64,000 bases of DNA from Lachnospiraceae bacterium (GCA_045616785.1 JAZLHJ010000055.1:9715-73714); one strand, 5' to 3'; counted from the stretch's first letter, positions 46,843 through 58,097 are shown. The notes: a model not told the origin generated them from the letters alone. A program made the numbers and translations.

Positions 46843-47865
46843 ATGGTGAATAAGTCAGTGACAATGAAAAGCATAGGTGAACTTCTCGGAGTTAGTACAG
46901 TTACCGTTTCGAAGGCTCTCGGTGATAAGGAAGGCGTTTCAGAGGAACTCAGGGCAGTTATCAAAGGAAAAGCCGACGAACTCGGATATGTATATTCATC
47001 TTCCAAGGGCGCAGGAAACAGACGTCCTGGATCTTCGAACATTATCGGAGTTATCGTAGCAAGCAACTATGTTGATATGTCTTCGTATTCTTTTTACCTG
47101 AATATGTATCACAGCGTAATTCTTGAACTTGCTGAAAAAGGGTATTCCGGAATTATGGAGATTATTACCGATAATATGCGAAGCGAGCTGATTATGCCGA
47201 CGGCGCTTCTTGAGAATAAGGTTGACGGAATCATTGTTCTCGGACAGCTCTCCACTGATTATGTAAAAAAAGTAATGTCCTACGGAAAGCCTGTTACTCT
47301 TCTTGATTACTATGACAGTGAACTTGAAACTGACAGTGTTGTCACTGATAACGTCCTCGGGACATATCAGCTTACCGAATACTGCATTAAGAAAGGCCAC
47401 AGGAAAATAGCTTTTGTCGGAAGCATAAATGCAACCTGTTCTATTCTTGACAGATATCTTGGATACTACAGAGCACTTGTGCAGAATGGAATTAAGGTTC
47501 CGGAAGATTATGTTATAGAAGACAGGGATGAAAAACTTCTGAATTATTCGGAAATGCTTCTTCCGAAGGATATGCCTACCGCGTTTGTGTGTAACTGCGA
47601 TGAAGTGGCATATCTTGTTATGGATCAGCTTAAGAAAAAAGGCTATCGCGTACCGGAAGATATTTCTGTAGTAGGATTTGATAATTACACATTCCTTGAT
47701 TACACCTCGGTTAATCTTACAACCGTTGCCGTTGATGTTCGAATGATGGCAAAGGAAGCGGTAAAGCTTCTTGTAAGACAGGTTGAAAAGGGAGAAAAGA
47801 GCAATACAAGAAGGGTCATTAGCGGAAAACTGATAATTCGGGATTCTGTTAAAGATATAAATTAG
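46843..47865 (+). CDS. LacI-family transcriptional regulator
   Basis: N-terminal HTH MKSIGELLGVSTVTVSKALGDKEGVSEELRAVI plus a periplasmic-binding-protein-like sugar-binding core. The start could be GTG 46834, ATG 46843 or GTG 46846. Confidence 0.9.
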   Translation: MVNKSVTMKSIGELLGVSTVTVSKALGDKEGVSEELRAVIKGKADELGYVYSSSKGAGNRRPGSSNIIGVIVASNYVDMSSYSFYLNMYHSVILELAEKGYSGIMEIITDNMRSELIMPTALLENKVDGIIVLGQLSTDYVKKVMSYGKPVTLLDYYDSELETDSVVTDNVLGTYQLTEYCIKKGHRKIAFVGSINATCSILDRYLGYYRALVQNGIKVPEDYVIEDRDEKLLNYSEMLLPKDMPTAFVCNCDEVAYLVMDQLKKKGYRVPEDISVVGFDNYTFLDYTSVNLTTVAVDVRMMAKEAVKLLVRQVEKGEKSNTRRVISGKLIIRDSVKDIN

Positions 47866-47896
47866 CGTATAAGGCCAATGGCCTGGGAGGAGAAAA

Positions 47897-48922
47897 ATGA
47901 GCAGAGTTAAAATGTTGAACTGCCCGGAGGTACCTAATATTCCTTGGCAGGAGAAACCGGAGAAAATTGTAGGAGCACCCATTTGGAGATATTCGGAAAA
48001 TCCGATTATTGACCGTAATCCGGTTGAGAATGTTGCAAGAATTTTCAATAGCGCTGTAATGCCTTATGAAGGTGAGTTTATCGGCGTATTCAGAGGCGAG
48101 CAGACAAACGGTATTCCTTATATTTATCTTGGACACAGCAAGGATGCCATTCATTGGGATTTTGACAAGAATAAGATTCCTTTCAAGGATGAAGATGGCA
48201 ATGATTTTATGCCCAGATATGCATACGATCCCCGTCTTGTTAAGGTAGAAGATACATATTATATCATCTGGTGTCAGGATTTCTACGGAGCATCAATCGG
48301 TATCGCAAAGACTCAGGATTTCAAGAGCTTTGTACGTATTGAGAATCCTTTTATTCCTTTCAACAGAAATGCAGTTCTTTTCCCGAGAAAGATTAACGGC
48401 AATTATGTTCTTTTAAGCCGTCCTTCTGATTCCGGACATACACCTTTTGGTGATATTTTCTTGAGTGAGAGCCCTGATATGGTTTACTGGGGCAAGCACA
48501 GACATGTTATGGGACGTTCAGGCAACTGGTGGGAGTCAGTTAAGATCGGCGGAGGTGCAGCACCTATTGAGACTTCCGAAGGATGGCTTCTTTTCTACCA
48601 TGGTGTATCAGGAACCTGTAACGGTTTTGTATACAGCATCGGCGGAGCTATTCTTGATATTGACAATCCTTCAAAGGTTCTCTACAGATGTGAGAATTTC
48701 CTTATTACTCCCGAGAACTGGTATGAGGAGAGAGGTTTTGTTCCCAATGTATGTTTCCCTTGCGCTACCATTCATGATCCCGCAACAGGAAAGATCGCTC
48801 TTTACTACGGATGCGCAGACAGCTATGTAAGTCTTGCATTCTGTGAAATCGATGACATTGTTGATTACATTAAGGGACACAGCAAACTTTCAGAGGAAGA
48901 TACCGAAATCGGAAAGAGATAA
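47897..48922 (+). CDS. GH130 beta-1,4-mannooligosaccharide phosphorylase type
   Basis: 341 aa, RBS GGGAGGAG. The short-form GH130 layout (PIWRYSENPIIDRNP..IFNSAVMPYEGEF..FRGE) differs from the 390-aa Man-Glc phosphorylase type at 26062. Confidence 0.85.
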   Translation: MSRVKMLNCPEVPNIPWQEKPEKIVGAPIWRYSENPIIDRNPVENVARIFNSAVMPYEGEFIGVFRGEQTNGIPYIYLGHSKDAIHWDFDKNKIPFKDEDGNDFMPRYAYDPRLVKVEDTYYIIWCQDFYGASIGIAKTQDFKSFVRIENPFIPFNRNAVLFPRKINGNYVLLSRPSDSGHTPFGDIFLSESPDMVYWGKHRHVMGRSGNWWESVKIGGGAAPIETSEGWLLFYHGVSGTCNGFVYSIGGAILDIDNPSKVLYRCENFLITPENWYEERGFVPNVCFPCATIHDPATGKIALYYGCADSYVSLAFCEIDDIVDYIKGHSKLSEEDTEIGKR

Positions 48923-48941
48923 AGGTATGGTTTGATTGCGG

Positions 48942-48971
48942 CGGGGAGCAGCCAATGCTCCCCGTTTTTTT
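48942..48971 (+). terminator. Strong intrinsic terminator between GH130 and the esterase-manA pair
   Basis: Stem CGGGGAGCA / TGCTCCCCG (9 bp, 5-nt loop) followed by TTTTTTT. The RBS GGAGG for the next gene starts immediately after the T-run. Confidence 0.85.
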
Positions 48972-48981
48972 GGAGGCTTAT

Positions 48982-50202
48982 ATGGAATATGAAGTTCATC
49001 CCGAAAAGGGAATGATTAACAGAGGAAACTGGGCAAGGCTCAAGGAAGTAATGAGAAGAGCCGAAGCAGGTGACAGAATTACAGTCGGTTTTATCGGCGG
49101 TTCAATAACGCAGGGAGCAGTTGCTTCTTATCATTCAAACTGCTACGCGCATCTTGTATTCGAATGGTTTGAGAAGACCTTCCCGAAGTCGGCGTTTACC
49201 TATGTCAATGCCGGAATCGGAGGTACATCATCTCAGTTTGGTGTGGCAAGAGCAGACAGAGATCTGCTTGTATATGTTCCGGATATTGTGTTTATCGAGT
49301 TCTCCGTAAATGATTCGAATGATGATTTCCATGCGGAGACATATGAAGGTCTTGTCAGAAGAATATACGGGGCAAATGTTAAACCGGCAGTTATTCTGCT
49401 TCATAATATTATGTACAACACAGGTGATACTGCAGAAGAAAAGCACAGCATGATCGGAAAGCATTATAACCTGCCGTGCATTTCCATGCGCCCTACCTTA
49501 TATGAAGAAATAAGAAAAAAGAATATTAACGCACGTGAAGTGACACCCGATGACCTTCACCCGAACACCGTCGGACATGCAATTGTTGCCTCGGTAATAA
49601 ATGATTTCCTTTATAAAGTTTACGAGAACAGATATGAAGATGAGGACGGTCTTTCGGATAGCGGATTTGTTGGCGGAGTTCCCATTCAGGGTGTAAAAGG
49701 TGAGAAAGCAGATTCGCCTGCAGATGAGATAAAGCTTCCTTCGCCTGTTACAGGGAACAGATATGAGAATTCAAGAAGAATCCAGAACGGAATATTCTTC
49801 TCAAATTCCGCCGCCGACAGTTTTGAATCACACGGCTTTATCCCCGATGAACATTTCCAGCGTCATCTTTATGAGTTTGCAAGAAACGGCTGGAGTGCAG
49901 CAAACAAAGGAGAAAGCATACGTTTCACGGCAAAAGCCTCCTGCCTTGCTGTTCAGTTTATCAGAACAGTAACACAGCCTGCTCCGATATGCGAAGCCGT
50001 AATAGACGGAGACAGCGAAAACGCGATTGTTCTCGATGCCAATTTTGACGAGACCTGGGGGGACTGCCTCTATTTGAAAAACCTTCTTGTCTCTGACGAG
50101 GTAAAGGAACACACAGTAGAAATAAAAGTAACAGAAACACATGAAAATGATGCATCAAGGTTCTACCTTGTATCTCTTATAGCATCATTCGGAGATAAAT
50201 GA
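48982..50202 (+). CDS. Cytoplasmic SGNH/GDSL-type esterase with C-terminal beta-sandwich domain (paralogue of 27231-28508)
   Basis: The track ORF starts at 48955, inside the terminator. GGAGG (48972-48976) precedes the in-frame ATG at 48982 (MEYEVHPEKG). SGNH blocks present: [34 protein letters not shown]. No signal peptide. Confidence 0.8.
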   Translation: MEYEVHPEKGMINRGNWARLKEVMRRAEAGDRITVGFIGGSITQGAVASYHSNCYAHLVFEWFEKTFPKSAFTYVNAGIGGTSSQFGVARADRDLLVYVPDIVFIEFSVNDSNDDFHAETYEGLVRRIYGANVKPAVILLHNIMYNTGDTAEEKHSMIGKHYNLPCISMRPTLYEEIRKKNINAREVTPDDLHPNTVGHAIVASVINDFLYKVYENRYEDEDGLSDSGFVGGVPIQGVKGEKADSPADEIKLPSPVTGNRYENSRRIQNGIFFSNSAADSFESHGFIPDEHFQRHLYEFARNGWSAANKGESIRFTAKASCLAVQFIRTVTQPAPICEAVIDGDSENAIVLDANFDETWGDCLYLKNLLVSDEVKEHTVEIKVTETHENDASRFYLVSLIASFGDK

Positions 50203-51140
50203 TGGACATAATTAAAGTAAAACCCTTATTCCGCGAGAATATCTGGGGCGGAGAACGACTCAAAACAGAATTCGGATATGAAATTCCGAGTAAGACCACC
50301 GGAGAGTGCTGGGGCGTAAGTGCACACGCAAGCGGTGACTGCTCACTTGAAGCACCTTACGAGGGTAAGACCCTTTCATCCCTCTGGAAAGACAATCCCG
50401 AGCTTTTTGGCCGCACGGAAGCACCCGCATATGATTTCCCGCTTCTTATGAAAATAATCGATGCCAAATCCGACCTCAGCATTCAGGTTCATCCAAACGA
50501 TGAATATGCAAGGTCCAAAGAGCACTGCCCCTACGGAAAAACAGAATGCTGGTATGTACTTGATGCACTTCCCGGCTCAACACTTGTTGTAGGGCACAAT
50601 GCGGCTACCCGTGAAGAACTTACTTCCATGATAGAAAACGATGAATGGAAAGAACTTATCCGTGAGGTTCCTGTAAAAGCAGGCGACTTCATTCAGATTG
50701 ACCCCGGAACCGTTCATGCAATCAAGGGCGGAATTCTTCTGTATGAGGCACAGCAGAGCAGCGATATCACCTACCGCCTCTATGACTACGGAAGACTTTG
50801 GAACGGCAAACCGCGTGAACTTCACATCGACAAGAGTATCGACGTAATTACGGTTCCCGCCAAAGATTCTTCGGAAGCAGTTGTATCTGCCGCAAATCTT
50901 CCGGCCAACTGCCTTAACAACCTTATCACCTGTGATTATTACAAAGTTTGGAAAGTAAATGTCTCCGGAAATGGCTTTTCATTTTGCCTTCCGTCCTCCT
51001 TTCTTATTATAAGTGTCATTTCCGGAGAAGGTTTCATCGGTACAACCCCTGCTTCCAAAGGTGACCACTTTATTATTCCTTCCGGATATGGTACAGTAGC
51101 CCTTAGTGGTGATATGGAACTGATTGCCACTGCAGAATAA
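50199..51140 (+). CDS. manA: Mannose-6-phosphate isomerase, class I (Firmicute short type)
   Basis: 313 aa. ENIWGGERL, LSIQVHPND, ECWYVLDA and GTVHAIKGG metal-binding cupin motifs. The ATG overlaps the esterase stop (ATGA). Confidence 0.9.
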   Translation: MMDIIKVKPLFRENIWGGERLKTEFGYEIPSKTTGECWGVSAHASGDCSLEAPYEGKTLSSLWKDNPELFGRTEAPAYDFPLLMKIIDAKSDLSIQVHPNDEYARSKEHCPYGKTECWYVLDALPGSTLVVGHNAATREELTSMIENDEWKELIREVPVKAGDFIQIDPGTVHAIKGGILLYEAQQSSDITYRLYDYGRLWNGKPRELHIDKSIDVITVPAKDSSEAVVSAANLPANCLNNLITCDYYKVWKVNVSGNGFSFCLPSSFLIISVISGEGFIGTTPASKGDHFIIPSGYGTVALSGDMELIATAE

Positions 51141-51195
51141 GAGAAAGTGTGAATCCACGTTTTGGCGAGAGGATTTTTAAGGAAGGGTAATTGAA

Positions 51196-52386
51196 ATGAT
51201 AGTACAGAAGTATAAGGATATGCTGAATAAGAAATCAGTAATCAGAGAGATGTCGGAGTTTGCGACAAGAAGGGGCAAGGAAATCGGATACGAGAACGTG
51301 TTTGATTACAGCCTGGGAAATCCGTCTGTAGCTGTACCGCAGGGATATACTGACAGTCTTGTGAACATGCTTAAGGAGAAGGACGGAATGAGCCTTCACG
51401 GATACAGTCCGACAATGACGCTTCCGGCTGCAAGAAAGGCCGTTGCCGATAACCTGAATAAGAGATTCGGGATGGATTATAAGCCTGAGCATATTTTTAT
51501 GACGAGCGGGGCAGCAGGTGCAATTGCTCATGCGGTAAGGCTTGTGTCTGAACCGGGAGATGAGATAATTACGTTTGCTCCTTATTTCCCTGAATATAAT
51601 CCTTATATTAATCTGACGGGAGCAAGCCTTAAGGTGGTTCCTGCAAATACCGTTGACTTCCAGATTAACTTTGAAAAGTTTGAAGAGATGATGAATCCGA
51701 AGGTTATGGCGGTGCTTGTAAATACACCTAATAATCCGACGGGAATTGTATATTCCGAGGAGACACTTGAGAAGCTTTCACGTATTCTTAATGAGAAGCA
51801 GGAAGAATACGGACATGAGATTTTCCTTATTTCAGATGAACCGTACAGAGAAATTGTTTTTGACGGCAAAAAAGTACCATTCACCGCAAAATACTATGAT
51901 AATACAATTACCTGCTATTCGTGGTCGAAATCACTTTCGATTCCCGGTGACCGTATAGGTTACGTAGCCGTTAATCCGAGATGCAAAGAGGCTGAAACTC
52001 TTGCAATGATGTGCGGCCAGATAAGCAGAGGAATAGGTCATAACTGTCCGACAGGAATTGTACAGCTTGCTGTTTCTGAGTGTATCGATCTTACCTCGGA
52101 TCTTTCCGTATATGAGACAAATATGAATATCCTTTACGATGAACTTGTAAGTCTTGGATTTACTGTCGTAAGGCCGGGCGGAACCTTCTATATTTTCCCG
52201 AAGGCACTTGAAGAGGATGCTACCGCTTTTTGTAAAAAAGCACTTAAGTATGATTTGATACTTGTTCCCGCAGACAGCTTCGGATGCCCCGGATATTTCA
52301 GAATGGCATACTGTATTGACACTGATAAAGTAAGAAGATCGCTTCCTGCACTTAGAGAGTTTGTCTTGAAGGAATATGGCAAATAA
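51196..52386 (+). CDS. Pyridoxal-phosphate-dependent aminotransferase, class I/II (aspartate aminotransferase-like)
   Basis: 396 aa. NTPNNPTG and the PLP-lysine context YSWSKSLSIPGDRIGY. Confidence 0.85.
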   Translation: MIVQKYKDMLNKKSVIREMSEFATRRGKEIGYENVFDYSLGNPSVAVPQGYTDSLVNMLKEKDGMSLHGYSPTMTLPAARKAVADNLNKRFGMDYKPEHIFMTSGAAGAIAHAVRLVSEPGDEIITFAPYFPEYNPYINLTGASLKVVPANTVDFQINFEKFEEMMNPKVMAVLVNTPNNPTGIVYSEETLEKLSRILNEKQEEYGHEIFLISDEPYREIVFDGKKVPFTAKYYDNTITCYSWSKSLSIPGDRIGYVAVNPRCKEAETLAMMCGQISRGIGHNCPTGIVQLAVSECIDLTSDLSVYETNMNILYDELVSLGFTVVRPGGTFYIFPKALEEDATAFCKKALKYDLILVPADSFGCPGYFRMAYCIDTDKVRRSLPALREFVLKEYGK

Positions 52387-52460
52387 TTGTGCAATTTGCA
52401 TAAGAGCCATTGTACAAAGCAGCAAATAGTAGGCAATCGTACGAAATTTGTTACAAATGT

Positions 52461-52489
52461 TTGACTTTTGCTTTTTTTTGCGATATGTT
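52461..52489 (+). promoter_or_regulatory. Promoter candidate for the Ala/Lys-rich protein gene
   Basis: -35 TTGACT (52461-52466), 17-nt spacer, -10 TATGTT (52484-52489). Confidence 0.35.
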
Positions 52490-52562
52490 GTTGAAGATAA
52501 GCTGAAAGCTTGTAAATGTAGGGAAAATGTGATATGGACATGTGTGAAGGGAGAATTTGGAC

Positions 52563-52979
52563 ATGGCAGACGTTAAGAAAGTAAGTGTTAAACCTGTAGC
52601 TAAGGCAGCTGCATCTGCAGTAAAGCCCGCTGAGGCAGAAGTTAAGAAAGAAGTTGCAGCAGCAGTTAAGAAAGAAGTTGCAGCAGTTAAGAAGGAAGCA
52701 GCTAAGGCAGCTCCCGCAAAGAAGGCAAGTGCTAAGAAGGCAGAGAAGAAAGCTGAGCCTGCAGCAAAGAAGGCAAGTGCAAAGAATACAATTACTCTTG
52801 AGTTCAAGGGTAACAAGTACACAGAGGCTTCTCTTGTTCAGAGTGCTAAGGATGTATGGGTTTATGACCTTGGAAAAGATATTAAGGATTTCAAGAGTGT
52901 TGATCTTTTTGTTAAGCCTGAAGACAACACTGTATACTATGTAATCAACGGTGATGTTACCGGAGGATTTGCTCTTTAA
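52563..52979 (+). CDS. Small protein with histone-H1-like Ala/Lys-rich N-terminal half and compact conserved-looking C-terminal domain
   Basis: The track ORF starts at TTG 52557. ATG 52563 follows GAAGGGAG. The N-terminal ~85 aa are almost only A/K/E/V/P (VKKEVAAAVKKEVAAVKKEAAKAAPAKKASAKKAEKKAE). The C-terminal ~55 aa (TITLEFKGNKYTE..VYYVINGDVTGGFAL) look globular. Confidence 0.7.
   Translation: MADVKKVSVKPVAKAAASAVKPAEAEVKKEVAAAVKKEVAAVKKEAAKAAPAKKASAKKAEKKAEPAAKKASAKNTITLEFKGNKYTEASLVQSAKDVWVYDLGKDIKDFKSVDLFVKPEDNTVYYVINGDVTGGFAL
52641..52705 (+). repeat. Short tandem coding repeat (about 21-24 nt unit, GTTAAGAAAGAAGTTGCAGCAGCA)
   Basis: Three successive imperfect copies encode VKKEVAAA / VKKEVAA / VKKEAA. 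Confidence 0.7.
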
Positions 52980-53005
52980 TTCCCAAAGAGTTACAGAATG
53001 TTATG

Positions 53006-53038
53006 ACCACACATGGGTAATCCGTGTGTGGTTTTTTA
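53006..53038 (+). terminator. Intrinsic terminator
   Basis: Stem ACCACACA / TGTGTGGT around TGGGTAATCCG, followed by TTTTTT. Confidence 0.8.
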
Positions 53039-53071
53039 TATTTATTTTACATTTTTATCATACGATTCGTG

Positions 53072-53100
53072 TTGACATACTTCTCCTTCGGTGATAACTT
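53072..53100 (+). promoter_or_regulatory. Sigma-A promoter candidate of the hrcA-dnaK operon
   Basis: Perfect -35 TTGACA (53072-53077), 17-nt spacer, extended -10 TGaTAACTT (53092-53100). CIRCE follows 14 nt downstream. Confidence 0.5.
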
Positions 53101-53114
53101 AATACTTGTAAGTG

Positions 53115-53141
53115 TTAGCACTCCAAACACATGAGTGCTAA
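53115..53141. promoter_or_regulatory. CIRCE operator (HrcA binding site)
   Basis: TTAGCACTC-N9-GAGTGCTAA is an exact match to the CIRCE consensus. It lies 31 nt upstream of the hrcA start. Confidence 0.95.
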
Positions 53142-53171
53142 CAAGACCGGATTACAACAGTAGGTGTGCAG

Positions 53172-54212
53172 ATGGCTGAGACGGTTTTAGATGAACGCAA
53201 AATGAAAATTCTGCAGGCGATAATTCGAAATTACCTTGAAACCGGCGAACCTGTCGGAAGCAGGACAATTTCGAAATTTACCGACCTCAATCTCAGTTCT
53301 GCAACAATCAGAAATGAGATGGCAGATCTTGAGGAACTGGGATATATTCTTCAGCCGCATACATCTGCCGGAAGAATTCCTTCCGATAAAGGCTACAGGC
53401 TTTATGTAGATGAGCTTATGGCTGAGAAGGAAAAAGAAGTTACCGGAATGAAGGAGATGCTTCTTGAAAAAGAAGACAAGATGGAAAGGCTTCTCCAGCA
53501 GGTAGCAAAGGTTCTTGCAAGCAGCACGAATTATGCTACGATGATATCTTCTCCTCAGATAATCGGTACAAAGCTGAAATTTATTCAGCTTACAAGAGTC
53601 GATAAGGCACAGCTTCTTGCCGTTATCGTAGTTGAAGGCAATATAATTAAGAATCAGATGATTCCCGTTACTGAAGAAGTTAAGGATGAAGATATTCTTA
53701 AGCTTAACATTCTTCTTAATACACAGCTCGGAGGTCTTACAATCAATGAGATAAGCCTCGGAAGAATAGCTGCCCTTAAGCAGCAGGCGGGAATATTCAG
53801 CGGTATTATAGGAGATATCATTGATGCGGTTGCTGAAGCAATTAAGCCGGATGATGATATGGAAATATATACCAGCGGAACCAACAATATTTTCAAATAT
53901 CCCGAGCTTGCAGAGAAACAAAGAGCAAGCGAGCTGATAACTGCTTTCGAAGAGAAACAGGAACTCAGCCAGATTGTTCAGGAGACGCTTTCCGATGAAG
54001 GAAGTACCGGTATTCAGGTATATATCGGTGATGAGACACCGTCTTCAACAATGAAGGATTGCAGTATTGTTACAGCTACTTATGAGATCGGGGACGGTAT
54101 GAAGGGAACAATCGGAATAATCGGTCCCAAGAGAATGGATTACGAAAAAGTTGTAAGTAACCTGAAAACGGTTATGAACCAGCTTGAGAACATATATGGT
54201 AAGTCTAATTAA
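53172..54212 (+). CDS. hrcA: Heat-inducible transcription repressor HrcA
   Basis: The track ORF starts at GTG 53166 and the ATG is at 53172. LDERKMKILQAIIRNYLETGEPVGSRTISK is a winged-helix N-terminus typical of HrcA. Confidence 0.95.
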   Translation: MAETVLDERKMKILQAIIRNYLETGEPVGSRTISKFTDLNLSSATIRNEMADLEELGYILQPHTSAGRIPSDKGYRLYVDELMAEKEKEVTGMKEMLLEKEDKMERLLQQVAKVLASSTNYATMISSPQIIGTKLKFIQLTRVDKAQLLAVIVVEGNIIKNQMIPVTEEVKDEDILKLNILLNTQLGGLTINEISLGRIAALKQQAGIFSGIIGDIIDAVAEAIKPDDDMEIYTSGTNNIFKYPELAEKQRASELITAFEEKQELSQIVQETLSDEGSTGIQVYIGDETPSSTMKDCSIVTATYEIGDGMKGTIGIIGPKRMDYEKVVSNLKTVMNQLENIYGKSN

Positions 54213-54229
54213 GTAAGGGGTGTTTTAAT

Positions 54230-54856
54230 TTGGAAGAAAAAGAATTAAACGAAGAACTTAACAAAGATGCTGAAGAGGTAAAAGAAGAAACCGAAGAGAA
54301 AGCAGCAGAGAGCAGCGAAGAGACAGAAAAAGCCGAAGAAACAAAAGCGGAAAAAGAAACCAAAGGAAAGTCTTCTTCGAAAGAAGGAAAGAAATCCAAA
54401 AAGACAGATAAAAAGTACGATCAGATGAAGCAGCAGATAGCCGATCTTCAGGACCAGGTCAAGAGACAGTGGGCTGAGTTCGATAACTTCAGAAAGCGTA
54501 CTGAAAAAGAGAAATCTGCCATGTTCGAAACAGGCGCAAAGAGCATCATCGAGAAAATCCTACCGGTCGTGGATAATTTCGAAAGAGGTCTTGAGACTGT
54601 TCCTGAAGAAGAGAAGGGAACACCTTTTCATGAAGGCATGGAGATGATATATAAGCAGCTTATCAACGAGCTTGAAAAGGTGGATGTTAAGCCCATCGAT
54701 GCAGTAGGAAAAGAATTCGATCCCGATTTCCACAATGCAGTCATGCAGGTTGAGAGCGATGAATTTGAGACAGGCTTTGTAGCAAAGGAACTTCAGAAAG
54801 GTTACACCTATCGCGATTCAGTAGTAAGACACAGTATGGTTGCAGTAGTACAGTAA
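54230..54856 (+). CDS. grpE: Nucleotide exchange factor GrpE
   Basis: 208 aa with a TTG start. Acidic N-terminus, then QVKRQWAEFDNFRKRTEKE and a C-terminal beta-domain (FDPDFHNAV). Confidence 0.93.
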   Translation: MEEKELNEELNKDAEEVKEETEEKAAESSEETEKAEETKAEKETKGKSSSKEGKKSKKTDKKYDQMKQQIADLQDQVKRQWAEFDNFRKRTEKEKSAMFETGAKSIIEKILPVVDNFERGLETVPEEEKGTPFHEGMEMIYKQLINELEKVDVKPIDAVGKEFDPDFHNAVMQVESDEFETGFVAKELQKGYTYRDSVVRHSMVAVVQ

Positions 54857-56764
<1,908 letters not shown>

Positions 56765-56806
56765 TAAGATTTAAAGGAATCTGACACTTGTCAGGCGGTG
56801 TATAAA

Positions 56807-57997
56807 ATGGCAGAAGAGAAACGTGATTATTATGAAGTCCTTGGAGTAGCAAGGTCTGCGGATGAAAATGAAATAAAGAAAGCCTATCGTGTGCTTGCGA
56901 AGAAATATCATCCAGATATGAATCCCGGTGATAAGGAAGCGGAGAAGAAATTCAAGGAGGCTTCCGAAGCTTATGCCGTTCTCAGCGATCCTGAGAAGAG
57001 AAAACAGTATGATCAGTTTGGCCACGCTGCCTTTGATGGCAGCGGAGCCGGCGGATTTGGCGGATTTGATTTTGGCAGTATGGATTTCACGGAAATGTTC
57101 GGAGACATTTTCGGAGACCTTTTTGGCGGCGGTTTTGGAAGCAGAGGCGGAAGAAACGGTGGTCCTTCAAAGGGTGCAACAGTAAGAAGCAGTATCAGAA
57201 TCACCTTTGAAGAAGCTGCATTCGGTGCAGAAAAGGAGCTTGAAATTCCGTACAAAGAAGAGTGTACATGCTGTCACGGAACCGGTGCAAAGCCCGGAAC
57301 AACTCCCGTAACCTGTACAAGATGCGGAGGAAAAGGACAGGTAGTTATTTCCTCTAACAGCTTTTTCGGTCTCGTAAGAAATGTCCAGACATGTCCGGAC
57401 TGCGGAGGTACCGGAAAGCAGATTAAAGATAAATGTTCGGAATGTTCCGGAAAGGGATATAAGGATTCCAAGAAGAAGATTATGGCATCTGTTCCTGCAG
57501 GAATTGATAACGGTCAGGCATTCCGTATTTCGGAAATGGGCGAACCCGGAGTTGCAGGAGGCCCGAGAGGCGATCTTCTTATTGAATGTCAGGTGCTTTC
57601 GCATCCTACATTTATGCGTGAAGGTGTAAATATCTATTCTACAGTTCCGATTTCGTATGCCATTGCGGCACTCGGCGGAGAAGTACTTGTAAATACTCTT
57701 GAGAATAAGCCTTCAAGCAGAATTGCATATACAATCAAACCCGGAACCAAGACAGATACACGCGTCGTTCTTAAGAAGAAGGGAATTCCTTATGTAAGAA
57801 ATAAGGAGCAAAGAGGAGATCACATCGTAACATTTGTGATTGAAACGCCCGAGAAGCTTTCATCCGAAGCGAAGGAACTTCTTATGAAATTTGATGAATT
57901 AACAGGTGACAGTCTTCATGAGGTAGACAGAATTACAAAAGGAAAACCTCCGAAGACACCGTCAGGTACAACCAAGAAAAAGAAAAAGTTCTTTTAA
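56807..57997 (+). CDS. dnaJ: Molecular chaperone DnaJ
   Basis: The track ORF starts at GTG 56798 and the ATG is at 56807. J-domain [22 protein letters not shown], a G/F region and four CxxCxGxG zinc-finger repeats. Confidence 0.96.
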   Translation: MAEEKRDYYEVLGVARSADENEIKKAYRVLAKKYHPDMNPGDKEAEKKFKEASEAYAVLSDPEKRKQYDQFGHAAFDGSGAGGFGGFDFGSMDFTEMFGDIFGDLFGGGFGSRGGRNGGPSKGATVRSSIRITFEEAAFGAEKELEIPYKEECTCCHGTGAKPGTTPVTCTRCGGKGQVVISSNSFFGLVRNVQTCPDCGGTGKQIKDKCSECSGKGYKDSKKKIMASVPAGIDNGQAFRISEMGEPGVAGGPRGDLLIECQVLSHPTFMREGVNIYSTVPISYAIAALGGEVLVNTLENKPSSRIAYTIKPGTKTDTRVVLKKKGIPYVRNKEQRGDHIVTFVIETPEKLSSEAKELLMKFDELTGDSLHEVDRITKGKPPKTPSGTTKKKKKFF

Positions 57998-58003
57998 CAG
58001 ACA

Positions 58004-58032
58004 GCTCCACCGCACGGTGGAGTTGTTTTTTG
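58004..58032 (+). terminator. Intrinsic terminator after dnaJ
   Basis: Stem CTCCACC / GGTGGAG with loop GCAC, followed by TTGTTTTTT. Confidence 0.75.
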
Positions 58033-58097
58033 TACAAAATGCCGTTATACTATTTGCGGGCATTTATGCGAAATGAAGTAAAGAAAAGAGGAATACC

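Noticed and set aside
47872-47884. Palindrome AGGCCA-A-TGGCCT between the lacI stop and the GH130 RBS
   Set aside because: It is only 6-bp arms with a 1-nt centre, too short to distinguish from chance, and it cannot form an RNA hairpin. Noted as a possible operator but not supported.
46996-48048. 350-aa minus-strand ORF antisense to the LacI and GH130 genes
   Set aside because: It spans two well-supported plus-strand genes and their intergenic RBS. The composition is Ile/Phe/Asn-rich, typical of antisense AT-rich coding DNA.
51141-51195. Possible weak hairpin (AATCC..GGATT + TTTT) after manA
   Set aside because: The 5-bp stem with a 14-nt loop is not convincing as an intrinsic terminator.
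52451-52822. 123-aa minus-strand ORF (Ala/Phe/Leu-rich) opposite the Ala/Lys-rich gene
   Set aside because: It is a mirror image of GCA/AAG repeats (antisense TGC/CTT). The plus-strand gene has the RBS, promoter and terminator.
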